Below, piece after piece: positions 1 to 10,276 of a stretch of DNA of 64,000 bases. Both the position numbers and the translations under genes were made by a program. The DNA is from Neorhizobium sp. Its GTDB lineage: Bacteria; Pseudomonadota; Alphaproteobacteria; Rhizobiales; Rhizobiaceae. The stretch is from assembly GCA_965227625.1 (NCBI GenBank), contig CBDDGK010000057.1:15543-79542 (forward strand), in the 5' to 3' direction. The notes below the pieces were generated by a model. That model made no database searches and had not been told where the DNA came from. It saw only the letters and a list, made by a program, of their open reading frames with translations. How positions within the stretch are numbered: position 1 is the stretch's first letter; each line of letters starts with the position of its first letter.

Positions 1-160
1 TGCCGACCGGCGCCTTCTGCAAACGTGTCCGCGGCTGGCCGCCATAGGTGATGCTGCCGGGGATGGGACGGATACCCGGACCGATCTGGTAATCCGGCTC
101 GACTGCCTGACAGCCGGCCAGCAGGCCTGCGAAAATGCCGACGACGATCAACTGTCTCAT
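1..160 (-). CDS. Putative lipoprotein (partial, runs off window start)
   Basis: Manual translation from ATG at 160: MRQLIVVGIFAGLLAGCQAVEPDYQIGPGIRPIPGSITYGGQPRTRLQKAPVG; signal peptide with LAGC lipobox. Confidence 0.75.
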   Translation of the reverse strand, partial: MRQLIVVGIFAGLLAGCQAVEPDYQIGPGIRPIPGSITYGGQPRTRLQKAPVG

Positions 161-235
161 GGGATGACCCTACCTTTTTCTGGCGACACGCCGTCTCGAT
201 CAACTCGAAGCACGCGTCCGAAGTTCCAGCGAGCA

Positions 236-512
236 CTAGAGCCGTTCATTGTTAAATGGAAGCGGTTCTGTTGGCTCGAACGGAGTCGGATGGTCGCCCG
301 GCTGGCGCGCGTCGTAGCCCAGTTCTACGGCCAAGCCGGCCGGGCGATCAGGCGGCCCGTTTCAGCCAACCCGCAGGGCCGGGCATCTTTCCGTCAGGAT
401 CAAAGGCGATCGGCTCGGACGTACCAACAGGTATGCCCTTCGCCAATCGCCTTTGCCCCGACGAAAACCTGCTCCGGCAGAACCGCTTCCATTTAACAAT
501 GAACGGCTCTAG
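236..512. mobile_element. MITE-like non-autonomous element with perfect 35-bp terminal inverted repeats
   Basis: 236-270 CTAGAGCCGTTCATTGTTAAATGGAAGCGGTTCTG is the exact reverse complement of 478-512; CTAG at both ends; internal hairpins at 291-350 and 401-455; no transposase. Confidence 0.8.
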
Positions 513-592
513 CACCGACAAACCGTCTATTCATCGGCAAAATATCCGTTACACATTTGATCCGCTGTTTTTGAATGAGGAGATTGATTGCC

Positions 593-1954
593 GTGACGAA
601 ATCCTATGGAGCCATGTCGATTGCCGAACTTTCGGTCCTGATCCAGACCGGTGCGGTTGATCCGGTCACGGTAACGGAACAGGTACTCGCAGGCATCAAG
701 GCATGGCCCGACAAAGCAGTGTTCATCACGCTTCTTGAAGAACGCGCGCTCGGCGAAGCGAGGGCTTCGTCCAAGCGCATCCGGGAAGGCCGTTCGCTTG
801 GCCCGCTCGATGGCATTCCGATCGCCTGGAAAGACCTGTTCGACATCGAAGGCCTGCCAACCACCGCCGGTTCGAAAGTTCTGAAGACAGCCGCACCGGC
901 AACAAAGGATGCGGCGGTCGTCGACCTCCTCAAGCAGGCCGGCATGATTGCCATCGGCCGCACCAACATGAGCGAATTCGCCTTTTCCGGCATCGGCATC
1001 AATCCACATTACGGCACGCCGCACAATCCGCACGGCAAGGACGCACCGCGCATTCCGGGCGGTTCCTCTTCCGGTGCCGGCGTGGCAGTGGGCGCTGGCC
1101 TCGTGCCGGTAGCCATGGGCACCGATACCGGCGGCTCGATCCGCATTCCGTCCGCGCTGAACGGCACTGTCGGCTACAAGGCGACCCGTGGCCGCTATGT
1201 GATGGACGGCGTCTATCCGCTGGCGAAAAGCCTCGATTCGCTCGGCCCCCTCTGCCGCACGGTTCAGGATGCAGTCTGGATCGACGCGGCGATGCGCGGC
1301 CTCGCGGTGCCTTCGACGGCCCGTAAGCCCGTCCAGCCGCTCGACATCGTCGTCCCCACCAATGGCGTTTTCGATAGCGCCGAACCTGGCGTGATCGCTG
1401 CATTCGAAGCTGCGATTGAGCGTCTTGAGAAGGCCGGCTGCAAAGTCGTCCGCCTCGCCTTCCCCGCCTTCGATGAATTGCCGAAGCTGATGGCGAAATA
1501 CGGACCGATGGTCACGGCTGAGGCCTTTGCCCTTCACCGCGAAAAGCTGGCCGGCCCGGAGGCTGCCGATATGGACCACCGCGTCGTCGCCCGCACGCGC
1601 CTCGGCGAAAAGACCTCGACCGCCGATTATATCGCGATCATCGAAGCCCGCGCCCGCATGACGGCGGAAACCGAGGCGCTGACCGACGACCGGTTCGTCG
1701 CCATGCCGTCCGTCATGCATGTCGCGCCGAAGATCGAACCGCTCCTGAAGGATGATGAAGCCTTCTTCGCCGCCAACGGCAAGACGCTTCGGAACACCGG
1801 CTTCGGCAACTTCCTCGACTGGTGCGGCCTCTCCATCCCCTGCGGCACCGGCGACGCCGACATGCCCGTGGGCTTCATGCTGTCAGGTAAAGCAAACCAG
1901 GACGAAGACCTGCTGCAGGCTGGCATGGCCTATGAGGAGATCATCAGAGGATAA
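593..1954 (+). CDS. Amidase (amidase signature family)
   Basis: KDLFD, GGSSSGA and GTDTGGSIRIPS motifs; GTG start at 593 follows GAGGAG. Confidence 0.92.
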   Translation: MTKSYGAMSIAELSVLIQTGAVDPVTVTEQVLAGIKAWPDKAVFITLLEERALGEARASSKRIREGRSLGPLDGIPIAWKDLFDIEGLPTTAGSKVLKTAAPATKDAAVVDLLKQAGMIAIGRTNMSEFAFSGIGINPHYGTPHNPHGKDAPRIPGGSSSGAGVAVGAGLVPVAMGTDTGGSIRIPSALNGTVGYKATRGRYVMDGVYPLAKSLDSLGPLCRTVQDAVWIDAAMRGLAVPSTARKPVQPLDIVVPTNGVFDSAEPGVIAAFEAAIERLEKAGCKVVRLAFPAFDELPKLMAKYGPMVTAEAFALHREKLAGPEAADMDHRVVARTRLGEKTSTADYIAIIEARARMTAETEALTDDRFVAMPSVMHVAPKIEPLLKDDEAFFAANGKTLRNTGFGNFLDWCGLSIPCGTGDADMPVGFMLSGKANQDEDLLQAGMAYEEIIRG

Positions 1955-2001
1955 AGGCCGGTCGCGCCGACACCTTCCACCGGATGCCTGGAGACAACAA
2001 C

Positions 2002-2172
2002 ATGCAGTTGACGCCCGCCGTTGAATTGAGTGCCGACATCATCGCCAAACTCTCCAATGCTCTGGAGAATTTCGAGGAGATCGCACCGGACGACATGATC
2101 GTCATGCTTTCGGAGGCGTTGGACGTGATCAACGAGCTTGTCGCTCTGGCCGACAGCAAAAGCGACAGTTAG
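2002..2172 (+). CDS. Small acidic hypothetical protein
   Basis: GGAG before ATG at 2002; MQLTPAVELSADIIAKLSNALENFEE..., amphipathic helical pattern. Confidence 0.55.
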   Translation: MQLTPAVELSADIIAKLSNALENFEEIAPDDMIVMLSEALDVINELVALADSKSDS

Positions 2173-2271
2173 AGCGCCGGCTGCAACCAACGCTTGGAAG
2201 CAGTCGGATACGCGCGCAATTCTTCATCTCGTCCCCGAGAGAAAGATCAATCTGATTTTTTGATATTGTAA

Positions 2272-2348
2272 TGGTAGCGGGAGGCAGAATTGAACTGCCG
2301 ACCTCGGGGTTATGAATCCCGCGCTCTCACCAACTGAGCTACCCCGCC
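2272..2348 (-). tRNA. tRNA-Met(CAT), elongator type
   Basis: Reverse complement GGCGGGGTAGCTCAGTTGGTGAGAGCGCGGGATTCATAACCCCGAGGTCGGCAGTTCAATTCTGCCTCCCGCTACCA: cloverleaf, CAT anticodon, encoded CCA. Confidence 0.93.
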
Positions 2349-2397
2349 ACAGGGGACCGGAAGAAGCCGTGAGGCTCTGTCCGCTTCGGTCGTGCGG

Positions 2398-2428
2398 CTT
2401 ATAAGTCGCCCGTCACCAAAGTGTCAAG
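2398..2428 (-). promoter_or_regulatory. Sigma70 promoter of tRNA-Met
   Basis: Minus strand TTGACA-N17-TTATAA about 50 nt upstream of the tRNA. Confidence 0.6.
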
Positions 2429-2482
2429 CAGGCTTTTGGCAAAATCCGGCGGCAATTCTTCCAGCCGCCGGTCATGGTTGTT

Positions 2483-3679
2483 TTAGGCCGCGACAGGAGC
2501 CGAAAGCAAAGCCTTCAGAGAGGCTTCCGCTGCCGGTGCGCGCTCCGAGCGATCGATGAAACCACCACCGTAAACGCGGGCATCGGCGCCTTCCGCAGAA
2601 TAGAGCACGCAGGCCTGGCCCGGCGCGACGCCCGCTTCGCCGATCGCGAGATCCACATAAACGCCGTTCTCGTCGCAATGCACCGTCGCAGGGGTTGGTG
2701 GGCGTGTAGAACGCACCTTGGCGAAGCAGGCAAAGCCGCCTCTGGCATCTTCTGCCAGCGCGCCGTCGCCGATCCAGTTCATGTCGCGCAGATAGACGCG
2801 ATGCGTATCGAGCGCCTCCTTCGGACCGACGATGACCCGGCGCGAGCGCGCGTCGAGATAAACGACATAGAGCGGCTCACCGGTCGCGACGCCCAGGCCC
2901 TTCCGCTGGCCGATCGTGTAATGCACGATGCCTTCATGGCGGCCAAGCACGCGGCCGTCCATATGAACGATATCGCCGGCCAGCGCCGCATTCGGCTTCA
3001 CCTTGTTGATGATGTCGGCATATTTGCCCTGCGGCACGAAACAGATGTCCTGGCTGTCCGCCTTCTTGGCGACGACGAGGCCCATCTCTTCCGCCAGCGC
3101 CCTCACCTCCGCCTTCGACATGCCGCCGAGCGGGAAGCGCAGGTAATCGATCTGCTCTTGCGTGGTCGCAAACAGGAACCAACTCTGGTCGCGGTCCGCA
3201 TCGATCGGGCGGAACAGCGCGCGGCGGCTCGGGTTTTCGACCGTCGGATTGGCGGATGAGCGAATGTAGTGGCCAGTCGCCAGCGCATCGGCGCCGAGAT
3301 CGCGCGCGGTGGCCAGAAGATCGGCAAACTTGACCGTCTGATTGCAGGCAACGCAGGGAACCGGCGTCTCGCCCATCGCATAGGCTTCGGCAAACGGGTT
3401 GATCACCGTTTCGCGGAAACGCTTTTCGTAATCGAGGACGTAATGCGGGATGCCGAGAGTTTCGGAAACGCGGCGTGCGTCGTCGATATCCTGACCCGCA
3501 CAGCAGGAGCCGGCGCGATGCACGGCGGCACCGTGATCGTATAGCTGCAGCGTGATGCCGAGCACATCATAGCCCTGGCGTTTGAGCAGGCCTGCAACGA
3601 CGGAGGAATCCACTCCCCCCGACATGGCAACGACAACGCGTGTGTCTTCCGGCCTCTTGTCAAAATCCAAGCTATTCAC
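2483..3679 (-). CDS. mnmA: tRNA-specific 2-thiouridylase MnmA
   Basis: [11 protein letters not shown]-loop, PCVACN, ATGHY, DQSWFL and DSQDICF motifs. Confidence 0.97.
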   Translation of the reverse strand: MNSLDFDKRPEDTRVVVAMSGGVDSSVVAGLLKRQGYDVLGITLQLYDHGAAVHRAGSCCAGQDIDDARRVSETLGIPHYVLDYEKRFRETVINPFAEAYAMGETPVPCVACNQTVKFADLLATARDLGADALATGHYIRSSANPTVENPSRRALFRPIDADRDQSWFLFATTQEQIDYLRFPLGGMSKAEVRALAEEMGLVVAKKADSQDICFVPQGKYADIINKVKPNAALAGDIVHMDGRVLGRHEGIVHYTIGQRKGLGVATGEPLYVVYLDARSRRVIVGPKEALDTHRVYLRDMNWIGDGALAEDARGGFACFAKVRSTRPPTPATVHCDENGVYVDLAIGEAGVAPGQACVLYSAEGADARVYGGGFIDRSERAPAAEASLKALLSAPVAA

Positions 3680-3863
3680 GGAACTCTCTCTAACATCTCA
3701 CCGCTTGCCCTGATCGGAAAATACAATCGTGCGCAAAAGCGGAAATCTCAAGGCCCAACGCGGGTTCGTCCGCCGAAAGGGCTATTCTTCGCCCGGATAT
3801 AGAAAGGATTTAGGGCCTGCGCAAGGAGCGGGCCAAACGAGACGGATCACAACACAGCGCGGC

Positions 3864-3968
3864 TCAGTCTGCCGAGCGGTTCATGTCATACACCACCCAC
3901 CGGAAAAACCAGTATATCGCCGTGAAGAACAGCATCAGCGGAATGAGGTTTTCGGGGTTATGAATCAT
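3864..3968 (-). CDS. Putative 34-aa single-pass membrane peptide
   Basis: Manual translation MIHNPENLIPLMLFFTAIYWFFRWVVYDMNRSAD*; one hydrophobic/aromatic segment; weak RBS. Confidence 0.4.
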   Translation of the reverse strand: MIHNPENLIPLMLFFTAIYWFFRWVVYDMNRSAD

Positions 3969-4204
3969 GTCGTCTCAAATCGGAGTCCCGAAACAGGACA
4001 TAGTCCGAAGAGCGCCATGCCGACAATTGCAATTTATATTAACGAAAAAGCATATGTCGCGAAAACGCAGGCGTGAATGAACGGCTCCATATTTCGTCCG
4101 ACAGGGTGCAATGCAGCACCGAAAACCCCGGCCGCAAAAATTTCACGATTATGGCGCCTCATGACATTGGGGTGGTCGAAGCAAACAGGCCGAAGGACGT
4201 GCAT

Positions 4205-4624
4205 ATGGAATTCGATCTCATGCGCTTCGTCGACGCGCAGGCCCCCGTTTATGCGCAGGTGATCGACGAACTGACCGCCGGCAAGAAGCGCTCCCACTGG
4301 ATGTGGTACATCTTTCCGCAGATCACCGGTCTCGGCTTTTCCATCATGTCACAACGCTTCGCAATCGGCTCGAAGGGTGAGGCTCTGGCCTATCTGGGGC
4401 ATCCGCTGCTCGGGCGACGTCTCATCGAATGCACCGAGGCGACGCTCAGCCATAAGGACCTTACCGCCCACGCCATTCTCGGCTCTCCGGACGATATGAA
4501 GTTCAAGAGTTGCATGACGCTGTTCGAAGCAGTCAGCGAAAAGGGCTCGCCTTTCGGACGAGCCCTCGAACAGTTTTATCATGGTGAGCGCGACGACAAG
4601 ACCGTCGCGCTACTGGGGCATTAG
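4205..4624 (+). CDS. DUF1810 family protein
   Basis: FDLMRFVDAQ, KRSHWMWYIFPQ and GSPDDMKFKSCMTLF motifs. Confidence 0.88.
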   Translation: MEFDLMRFVDAQAPVYAQVIDELTAGKKRSHWMWYIFPQITGLGFSIMSQRFAIGSKGEALAYLGHPLLGRRLIECTEATLSHKDLTAHAILGSPDDMKFKSCMTLFEAVSEKGSPFGRALEQFYHGERDDKTVALLGH

Positions 4625-5682
4625 GCAGCCGACTGGATCGCCGACAGCTTCCAGTCATTGGCCGGCTTGCGCACGAAGGTCCAGACTTCGACAGTCTCGG
4701 TCACCGCATTCGGATCGCCTTCGGCAACTGCGCCGGTGTTGCGGTCCTTCATGTAGTCAACGCTGGAGTAGCGCATCGCCACGGTCGCATAGTCCTGACC
4801 GTTTTCGCGCCAGGATTCCGCAAGGTCGCCCTGCAGCAGCTTCACGTCCTGCACCTCGTTCTTGAGGCCATTGGTGGCGTTCTCGCCCAACTCTTCCGCC
4901 AGGTAGGACATGGCTTCCGGCGTGGTGAGGTCGCGCAGCTTCGCATAGTCCTCGGCAGAATAGGCGCTCTGAACATCCGTCAACAGCTTCTCGAAGTGGC
5001 CGAGGTCACGGTTGGTGATGCCGATTTCATCCGTTTCCGGGCCTGCCTGGCGCGGTGCCGGGGCGTTGCCGCCGCCAAAACCGCCGAAGCCGCTTCCAAA
5101 ACCACCCTGGTTACCCTGCGAACCGATCTTCGGGATCTGGAAACCCGACTGCTGGTTCTGGTGCGGGGCCTGGTAGGCATTATTCTGCTGCTGGCCAAAG
5201 CCGGCGTTAGCCCCACCCGTCGGACCGGCAGCCTGCTGCTGACGACGTGCGAAGAAGCGGAAAGCCAGCATGGCAAGACCGGCAATCAGCGCGATCTGCA
5301 GCAGCATGCCAAGCATGCCGGCCATACCGCCGAAACCATTGCCCATCATCATGCCGATGAGGCCGCCGAGCGCCAGACCACCGAGAAGGCCACCGGCCAT
5401 GCCGCCAAACAGGCCGCGACGCGGCTGGGCAGCCTGCGCAGCACCCGCTGCGGGGCTCGCAGCATTCTGCTGGGTGTTAGGCGTCATCGAACGATTGATA
5501 CCTGTCGGAGCGGCAGGAGCCGTATTCGTCGTTGCCGGAGCGGAATAGGTGCGCGTGCCGCGGCTACCGAAACCGCCGCTCGCGCGACGTGCCTCTGCCA
5601 TATCAACGGCGACCACGGAAACCGCCATCCCGATCGCAGCGACCGCGAATAGCTGCTTGAAGCGCCGAAGTTTGGATAACAT
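4621..5682 (-). CDS. Tim44 domain-containing membrane protein
   Basis: Signal peptide, ARRASGGFGSRGTRTY motif, Gly-rich TM region, C-terminal EVWTFVRK..WKLSAIQ. Confidence 0.88.
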   Translation of the reverse strand: MLSKLRRFKQLFAVAAIGMAVSVVAVDMAEARRASGGFGSRGTRTYSAPATTNTAPAAPTGINRSMTPNTQQNAASPAAGAAQAAQPRRGLFGGMAGGLLGGLALGGLIGMMMGNGFGGMAGMLGMLLQIALIAGLAMLAFRFFARRQQQAAGPTGGANAGFGQQQNNAYQAPHQNQQSGFQIPKIGSQGNQGGFGSGFGGFGGGNAPAPRQAGPETDEIGITNRDLGHFEKLLTDVQSAYSAEDYAKLRDLTTPEAMSYLAEELGENATNGLKNEVQDVKLLQGDLAESWRENGQDYATVAMRYSSVDYMKDRNTGAVAEGDPNAVTETVEVWTFVRKPANDWKLSAIQSAA

Positions 5683-5872
5683 CTTTATCTCCTCTTGCCC
5701 GCACAAACGCGGGGTTCCCGATCTATATAGCGACGGTCAGGGCATGATTTTAGTAGCGCCGTCATTTTTTCCCGTCGAAGTAGATAATAGAGTTTGAAAC
5801 GGGAGCCAATAGCCACAAATGCAACCTGAAGGAAAGTTGATCGGCAAATGGTCGCAGGAAGCCGAATAAACG

Positions 5873-5901
5873 AAAAGCCCGGCGCTTTCGGCACCGGGCT
5901 T
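5873..5901 (-). terminator. Rho-independent terminator of serCA
   Basis: AAGCCCGG-loop-CCGGGCTT hairpin followed by a T run on the minus strand. Confidence 0.7.
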
Positions 5902-5933
5902 CACAATATCCTGGGAGGAAATCTATCCGTCGA

Positions 5934-7529
5934 TCACTCGACGTTGAACGACAGCGGCTTTGCCTGACGGACTGCCGGGTTGGCGGTCAGCTTGGCAAGT
6001 ACGTCGTCCGGCACGCGGCCATCGACGTAGAGAAGCGCGATCGCGTCGCCGCCTTCTTTATCGCGGCCGAGATGGAAGTTGGCGATGTTGACGCCGGCAT
6101 TACCGAGCGTCGTGCCGATGAAGCCGATCATGCCGGGAACGTCGGTATTGGCGATGTAGACCATGTTGGCGCCGACATCTGCGTCGAGATTGATGCCCTT
6201 GATCTGGATGAAGCGCGGCTTGCCGTCCGAGAACACCGTGCCGGCAACCGAGCGGGTCATGGTGTCGGTGGTGACGGTCAGCTTGATGTAGCCGTCGAAA
6301 ATGCCCGACTTGTCGCGCTTGACCTCGGAAAGGATAACGCCCTTTTCCTTGATCATGATCGGAGCCGAAACCATGTTGACGTCGGCAACCTGCGAACGGA
6401 TGAGACCTGCAAGCGCTGCGCTGGTGAGCGCCTTGGTGTTCATGCCGGCGGTGGCACCGTCATAAAGGATCTCGATTTCCTTGATCGCATCTTCGGTGAC
6501 CTGGCCGACGAAGGCGCCGAGCACGTCGGCGAGACGGATGAACGGCTTCAGGATCGGCGCTTCTTCAGCCGTGATCGACGGCATGTTGATGGCGTTCGAA
6601 ACGGCACCCTTGACCAGGTAGTCCGACATCTGCTCGGCCACCTGCAGGGCAACGTTCTCCTGGGCTTCCGTCGTGGAAGCGCCAAGATGCGGGGTGCAGA
6701 CGACGTTTTCGAGGCCGAAGAGCGGGCTCTCGGTCGCAGGCTCGACTTCGAACACGTCGAAACCGGCACCGGCGACATGGCCGGACTTGATGGCTTCGGC
6801 AAGGGCTGCCTCATCGACCAGACCGCCGCGGGCGCAGTTGATGATACGGACGCCCTTCTTGGTCTTGGCGAGGTTTTCGCGGCCGAGGATGCCGCGCGTC
6901 TTGTCGGTCATAGGCACGTGCAGGGTGATGAAGTCGGCGCGGGCGAGCAGGTCGTCCAGTTCCACCTTCTCGACGCCCATTTCCTGGGCGCGTTCGGCCG
7001 AAAGGAAGGGGTCATAGGCGATGACATGCATGCCGATGCCGATGGCCTTGCGGCAGACGATACCGCCGATATTGCCGGCACCGATGACGCCAAGCACCTT
7101 GCCGGTGATTTCGACGCCCATGAACTTGGACTTTTCCCACTTGCCGGCCTGGGTCGACGAGTCGGCGGCCGGAAGCTGGCGGGCGACGGCGAACATCAGC
7201 GCGATGGCGTGCTCGGCGGTGGTGATCGAGTTGCCGAACGGCGTGTTCATGACGATGATACCGCGACGCGAAGCGGCCGGGATATCGACGTTATCGACGC
7301 CGATACCGGCGCGGCCGATGACCTTGAGGTTGGTCGCGGCAGCGATCAGCTTTTCGGTAGCCTTGGTGGCGGAGCGAATGGCGAGGCCGTCATAATTGCC
7401 GATGATCTCGGCCAGCTTGTCCTTGTCCTTGCCGAGCTTCGGCTGGAAATCGACTTCTACGCCGCGATCGCGAAAAATCTGGACGGCGGTTTCCGAAAGT
7501 TCGTCGGATACGAGAACGCGAGGTGCCAT
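5934..7529 (-). CDS. serA: D-3-phosphoglycerate dehydrogenase
   Basis: RAGIGVDNVD, GAGNIG, NCARGG and TPHLGAST motifs; C-terminal ACT domain. Confidence 0.97.
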   Translation of the reverse strand: MAPRVLVSDELSETAVQIFRDRGVEVDFQPKLGKDKDKLAEIIGNYDGLAIRSATKATEKLIAAATNLKVIGRAGIGVDNVDIPAASRRGIIVMNTPFGNSITTAEHAIALMFAVARQLPAADSSTQAGKWEKSKFMGVEITGKVLGVIGAGNIGGIVCRKAIGIGMHVIAYDPFLSAERAQEMGVEKVELDDLLARADFITLHVPMTDKTRGILGRENLAKTKKGVRIINCARGGLVDEAALAEAIKSGHVAGAGFDVFEVEPATESPLFGLENVVCTPHLGASTTEAQENVALQVAEQMSDYLVKGAVSNAINMPSITAEEAPILKPFIRLADVLGAFVGQVTEDAIKEIEILYDGATAGMNTKALTSAALAGLIRSQVADVNMVSAPIMIKEKGVILSEVKRDKSGIFDGYIKLTVTTDTMTRSVAGTVFSDGKPRFIQIKGINLDADVGANMVYIANTDVPGMIGFIGTTLGNAGVNIANFHLGRDKEGGDAIALLYVDGRVPDDVLAKLTANPAVRQAKPLSFNVE

Positions 7530-7605
7530 GGTCTGGGCTCCTTGAAGGGGGTTCTGTCTTGAATGAGGAATGCGGCTCCGCCGAAGCGGAGCCTATACGC
7601 TTTGT

Positions 7606-8787
7606 TTAAGCGGCAGCCTTGGCGAGGCCGGCCTTCTGCGCGTTGAACGCATAGGTCAGCCAGGGCATCAGGGCCTTCATGTCGGCTTCATCGATCGTCG
7701 CACCTGCCCAGATGCGCAGACCCGACGGCGCGTCGCGGTAAGCACCGATATCGAAGGCAACGCCTTCCTTTTCGAGCGTGGCGACCATGCCCTTGGCAAA
7801 GGCTTCTTGGGCGTCGGCATCAAGTGCTGCAACGTCGGCGTCAGCGATCTTCAGGCAGACGGAGGTGTTGGAGCGCGTTGCCGGCTCGACCGCCAGATTG
7901 GCGATCCAGTCGTTTGCCTCGACGAAATCAAAGATCACCTTGGCGTTCGCATCGGCGCGGGCCATCAGGCCCTTGAGGCCGCCGAGCTGCTTTGCCCAGA
8001 GAAGCGCATCGATATAGTCCTCGACGCAGAGCATCGACGGCGTGTTGATCGTTTCGCCGGTGAAGATACCTTCGATCAGCTTGCCGCCCGAAGTCAGGCG
8101 GAAAATCTTCGGCAACGGCCAGGCCGGCTGGTAGGACAGGAGGCGTTCGACAGCGCGCGGGCTGAGGATCAGCATGCCGTGACCGCCTTCGCCGCCCAGA
8201 ACCTTCTGCCAGGAGAAGGTGACGACGTCGAGCTTGGAGAAGTCCATGTCCTGCGCGAACGCCGACGAGGTGGCGTCGCAGATCGTCAGGCCCTTGCGGT
8301 CGGCCGGGATGAAATCGGCGTTCGGAACGCGGACGCCGGACGTGGTGCCGTTCCAGGTGAAGACCACGTCGCGGTCGAAGTCGACCGTGGAAAGGTCCGG
8401 AAGCAGGCCGTAGCCGGCTTCGATCTTGCGAACGTCCTTGAGCTTCAGCTGCTTGACGACATCGGTTACCCAGCCGGCACCGAAGCTTTCCCAGGCGACC
8501 ATGTCGACGCCGCGCTCACCGAGCAGCGACCAGAGTGCCATTTCGACGGCGCCGGTGTCGGAAGCCGGCACGATGCCGATGCGGTAATCCGCCGGCACGT
8601 TCAGAATTTCGCGTGTGAGATCAATGGCCTGCTTGAGCTTTGCCTTGCCGACCTTGGCGCGGTGCGAACGACCGAGCGGGGCATCGGAAAGCGCTTCGAG
8701 CGACCAACCGGGGCGCTTCGAGCAAGGGCCAGAAGAAAAATGAGTATTGTTCGGACGCAGGTCCGGCTTTGCGGCGACATCGGCCAT
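7606..8787 (-). CDS. serC: Phosphoserine aminotransferase
   Basis: [24 protein letters not shown] (PLP lysine), TINTPS; ATG at 8787. Confidence 0.96.
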   Translation of the reverse strand: MADVAAKPDLRPNNTHFSSGPCSKRPGWSLEALSDAPLGRSHRAKVGKAKLKQAIDLTREILNVPADYRIGIVPASDTGAVEMALWSLLGERGVDMVAWESFGAGWVTDVVKQLKLKDVRKIEAGYGLLPDLSTVDFDRDVVFTWNGTTSGVRVPNADFIPADRKGLTICDATSSAFAQDMDFSKLDVVTFSWQKVLGGEGGHGMLILSPRAVERLLSYQPAWPLPKIFRLTSGGKLIEGIFTGETINTPSMLCVEDYIDALLWAKQLGGLKGLMARADANAKVIFDFVEANDWIANLAVEPATRSNTSVCLKIADADVAALDADAQEAFAKGMVATLEKEGVAFDIGAYRDAPSGLRIWAGATIDEADMKALMPWLTYAFNAQKAGLAKAAA

Positions 8788-8794
8788 ATCTATA

Positions 8795-8845
8795 CCCTTC
8801 CAGGTAATTAGCCTCTCGTTGGGGAGAGGTGTCCCGCCGCTGTGG
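8795..8845 (-). ncRNA. serC leader cis-regulatory RNA motif of Alphaproteobacteria
   Basis: CAGCGGCGGGACACCTCTCCCCAACGAGAGG with CCTCTC/GAGAGG hairpin directly upstream of the serC RBS. Confidence 0.75.
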
Positions 8846-8938
8846 ATATGCCTGTCGGCCCGCGCCGTCAAGCGGCCGATGTCGCTGTCAGCCAAATTTC
8901 TGACGTAGGCGCCAATGGGTCAATTGGCCGATTCAAGG

Positions 8939-10132
8939 CTAAGCCGTTGCCAGGACTGCCAGAACGACGTCCAGCAAAATATCGATCCCGAGCAGCGCCA
9001 ACGTGCTCTGCCGCAGCCTCCGAAGGAAGATCCACTTCAGCGGGCGGATCGTCTGCCAGAATTGCGTTGCCCTGAGCCGCATCATTGCGGCGCGCCGTTG
9101 AAGGTAGATCCAGCCGTTGAACGTAGCCGCTGAGCGCCGCTGGCTGAGGTTGAACGCCCGCGCCGCCTTGAGTTTCCAGGGCTCGTCGCCGACCCCAAGA
9201 TCATGCCATTCGAAACCTTCGCGATGCAGCCACTCGACGACCCGATAGTTGAGAATGCTGCCCGGCGAAAACTTGGCCCAATCTCCGCCTTCGAATGACG
9301 TCATGATGCCGTGGAAGCGCCGGCCGGCAACAAGACCCCAGTTCGTCGCAAGAATGAGATCGCCGGCTTTCAGGTAGAACAGCACGACCATCTGCTTCTC
9401 CGCGAAGAGATACGTCCCCTCGTTGAAGAAGTCGTATTTGTCGCGGTCCGTCTCGAAGCCCGGCACCCGTGTCTGCTCGAATCGCTGCTGCTTCTGGCGC
9501 AGCATCGCCCGCACGGCCTCGTCCATTTCGTCACGCTGCCGCGCCACGCAGAATTCCAGCGGCGCCTTGTCGTTCAGCAGACGCGCGCTGCGCAGCACGG
9601 TCTTCCGGTTCGGATAGGCCGAATCGATTTCACTCCACGGGCGGCGAAGGTCGGTGCCATGGCAGGAAATTGCATGCGCAGCATTGCTGAGAAGCGCGAG
9701 CGGATTAACGAGGCCATCGATATCCGCCGGCATCTTGTCCAGTTCCAGCACGTCGTAAGTCGGCAAGTGCGATGCGATCTGCCGCCAGAGCCCTTCGATC
9801 GCCTCGCGCGTCCATTCAAATTCGACGGGAAACAGGATCGGGGCGTTATAGTCCGCCGCATCATTGTCGATGAAGGTCAGCACCGCGGCACCGATGCGGC
9901 GGGTGATACAGAGCGGCACGAAAAGCACCGGGTGCCCTGCCCCGTCCCGGACCTCGACGAAATGCGGGCTGCGCCGCCCGGACCGGCCGAAGCTGTTCGT
10001 CCAGGCGGTCAGAAAGGTCACTGTCTGGAAGGCGTGGAAACGCGCGCCGTTCTGCGCCTGCGCCGCGCGGGGCCAGTCGACAGATACGTCATCGAGTTTT
10101 TCGAATACCGAAATTTGGAATGCCGGCACCAT
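8939..10132 (-). CDS. GNAT acetyltransferase, CelD/BcsL (Acetyltransf_6) type
   Basis: ADYNAPI, FSPGSIL and DLGVGDEPWK motifs. Confidence 0.8.
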   Translation of the reverse strand: MVPAFQISVFEKLDDVSVDWPRAAQAQNGARFHAFQTVTFLTAWTNSFGRSGRRSPHFVEVRDGAGHPVLFVPLCITRRIGAAVLTFIDNDAADYNAPILFPVEFEWTREAIEGLWRQIASHLPTYDVLELDKMPADIDGLVNPLALLSNAAHAISCHGTDLRRPWSEIDSAYPNRKTVLRSARLLNDKAPLEFCVARQRDEMDEAVRAMLRQKQQRFEQTRVPGFETDRDKYDFFNEGTYLFAEKQMVVLFYLKAGDLILATNWGLVAGRRFHGIMTSFEGGDWAKFSPGSILNYRVVEWLHREGFEWHDLGVGDEPWKLKAARAFNLSQRRSAATFNGWIYLQRRAAMMRLRATQFWQTIRPLKWIFLRRLRQSTLALLGIDILLDVVLAVLATA

Positions 10133-10232
10133 GCCAACGTCTCCGACCTGAACGGGCGGACATTAGCAACCGAGGCGGGCAATCTGAATTGAAATCCTAA
10201 GATATCGTTAACACCAAAATTTGACGGAACGC

Positions 10233-10257
10233 AAAAAGCCGCCCGATGGGCGGCTTT
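10233..10257 (-). terminator. Terminator of the outer membrane protein gene
   Basis: AAAGCCGCCC-GAT-GGGCGGCTTT hairpin with T run on the minus strand. Confidence 0.7.
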
Positions 10258-10276
10258 CGCGAATGGTATGAGATGC

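Noticed and set aside
164-660. ORFs 164-496 and 256-660
   Set aside because: They run through the palindromic MITE-like element, have no recognisable domain and are not transposase-like.
1955-2272. Genomic island integrated at the tRNA-Met 3' end
   Set aside because: No integrase and no duplicated tRNA 3' end within the window; cannot be excluded beyond the window edge.
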